In this document: piece after piece, positions 62,563-64,000 of the stretch
Layout: each line of letters begins with the position of its first letter
Numbering within the stretch: position 1 is the first letter of the stretch
Assembly (NCBI GenBank): GCA_963790205.1
Contig: CAWBNQ010000002.1
Span: forward strand, 32,001-96,000
From: Nitrospirota bacterium
Lineage (GTDB): Bacteria; Nitrospirota; UBA9217
Length of the DNA: 64,000 nt
Reading direction: 5' to 3'
Position numbers and translations under genes: made by a program
Notes under the pieces: model-generated
The model's input: the letters and a program-made list of their open reading frames with translations, nothing else
Told to the model about the DNA's origin: nothing
Database searches by the model: none

Positions 62563-63519
62563 ATGAAGATACGTAAACTGGGAAATTCCGATCTATCCAT
62601 CACTCCCGTCGGGTACGGGGCCTGGGCCATCGGCGGCGCGGGATGGGAATACGGCTGGGGAGTGCAGAAGGACGAGGATTCCATCTCCGCGATTATGAAG
62701 GCGCTTGAACTGGGGGTGAACTGGATCGATACGGCCGCTGTCTACGGTCTCGGCCATTCCGAGGCGGTCGTGGCTCGGGCGATCGCGGACTGGCCGGGGC
62801 ACCGACCATACGTTTTTACCAAATGCGGGCTTCGCTGGGACGCGGAGGGGAAGGTCCGCCGCGTGCTCACCGCGGACTCGATACGCCGTGAATGCGAAGA
62901 AAGCCTGCACAGACTCAAGGTCGATGCCATCGACCTCTATCAGGTCCACTGGCCGCCGGAGAATGACGGCGTCGAGCTTGAAGAAGGGTGGGCCGCCATG
63001 GCCACCCTCCAGCGGGAAGGAAAGGCGCGCTGGATCGGCGTGTCGAACTTCAACGCGGCGCAGATTGAGCGCGCCCGGGTCATCGCGCCCGTTACCTCGC
63101 TCCAGCCTCCTTACTCGCTTATCCGGCGCGATATCGAATCCGGGGTCCTTCCTTTTTGCCGGCAGGCGGGGATCGGCGTGATCGCGTACGCGCCGATGGC
63201 GTTGGGACTGCTCACCGGCGCCATGACGCGGGAGCGCGCGGCTCGTCTTCCGGCTGACGATTGGCGTAGCCGCAGCCCCGAGTTCAACGAGCCCAACCTT
63301 TCCCGGAACCTCGCCCTGGTCGAGCGGCTCCGGGTGGTGGGCAAACGCCACGGCCGCTCAGCCGGAGAAGTCGCAGTCGCCTGGACGCTCAGGCACCCGG
63401 CGGTGACCGGCGCCATCGTCGGCGCGCGGAACGCGGCCCAGGCGGAAGGCGTGATGGGAGCAGGAGAATTCACGCTGAGCGCGGAGGACATCGCCGAGAT
63501 CGAGGGGCGGGCCGAATAA
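62563..63519 (+). CDS. aldo/keto reductase
   Basis: IDTAAVYG, IDLYQVHWP, IGVSNF and QPPYSL motifs. Confidence 0.94.
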   Translation: MKIRKLGNSDLSITPVGYGAWAIGGAGWEYGWGVQKDEDSISAIMKALELGVNWIDTAAVYGLGHSEAVVARAIADWPGHRPYVFTKCGLRWDAEGKVRRVLTADSIRRECEESLHRLKVDAIDLYQVHWPPENDGVELEEGWAAMATLQREGKARWIGVSNFNAAQIERARVIAPVTSLQPPYSLIRRDIESGVLPFCRQAGIGVIAYAPMALGLLTGAMTRERAARLPADDWRSRSPEFNEPNLSRNLALVERLRVVGKRHGRSAGEVAVAWTLRHPAVTGAIVGARNAAQAEGVMGAGEFTLSAEDIAEIEGRAE

Positions 63520-63586
63520 AGCTGAGGCGTTCGGTCGTAATCCCTCAGAGACGCCTTCTGAGCGGGAAGCCGGGAAGGATATCTTA

Positions 63587-63775
63587 ATGCTGGAAGCGAA
63601 AGATTTTGTTATAGGTTGCCTGTCGATACTATTATGCGCAGTTTTAGTCCCCCTCTTTTTTCTGGTCTTCAAGTTGACCCTTTTTCTTGCTGTCTTCCTT
63701 GCAATCATTACCGGCATTATCTTAGGGATAACTGTTTTAGGGAGAATAGTGAGACTCTTTTTCACGGGGAAATGA
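63587..63775 (+). CDS. small membrane protein (62 aa)
   Basis: Two hydrophobic segments; GAAGGA RBS. Confidence 0.6.
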   Translation: MLEAKDFVIGCLSILLCAVLVPLFFLVFKLTLFLAVFLAIITGIILGITVLGRIVRLFFTGK

Positions 63776-64000
63776 TCACGGGACTTTAAACATCCCGGGA
63801 GCAGTCCATACTGTTTGGCTTTCCCCATGACCTTCCCGGTTGTTGTCATACAGGCTCTGGAACTATCGTGGTTGATATCAGTTCAGCGTTCGGAGTTCGA
63901 AGTCAAAGCATTCGTACAGCCAGATCGAGCAATTCTGAGCAATGCTGCAGAAAGACCGGGGAATGCGTACGTGAGGCGATGCAGGTGTTGTATAATAGAA

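Overview
About 58-60% GC bacterial chromosome segment. Gene content (ribD, glyQS-ppdK, porin-multiheme cytochrome cluster, Sec-containing SelD, Hcp, REC-PilZ proteins) suggests an anaerobic Nitrospirota- or Desulfobacterota-like organism; this is inference only. Layout: (1) 2.5-11 kb is a co-oriented minus-strand island running from a leaderless, frameshifted LexA-like gene with its own palindromic operator down to DNA polymerase IV. It carries a GxxExxY gene between inverted repeats, an intact HEPN/MNT pair, a small basic protein next to a 10-bp-phased repeat array, a low-GC integron-type cassette with a clear attC but no integrase in the window, a SWIM protein and an IS630. (2) 11-42 kb is mostly housekeeping: beta-oxidation, RhlB, FtsB-like, frameshifted GH57, glyQS, ppdK, ribD, an ExtBCD-like cluster, SelD and tRNA-fMet. 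It also contains a wHTH-MNT/HEPN pair in which both catalytic motifs are lost, followed by two unannotated 18-aa lysine-rich micro-ORFs. (3) 42-64 kb is a patchwork of transporters, redox enzymes, pseudogenes, a RelA/SpoT-like protein and an IS1111-type IS110 element whose downstream RNA contains readable guides matching its own insertion site. Strongest candidates for something undescribed: the catalytically dead MNT-HEPN plus Lys-micropeptide module (20.7-22.1 kb) and the integrase-less cassette platform (7.3-8.9 kb). All calls come from reading motifs by eye; no database searches were run.
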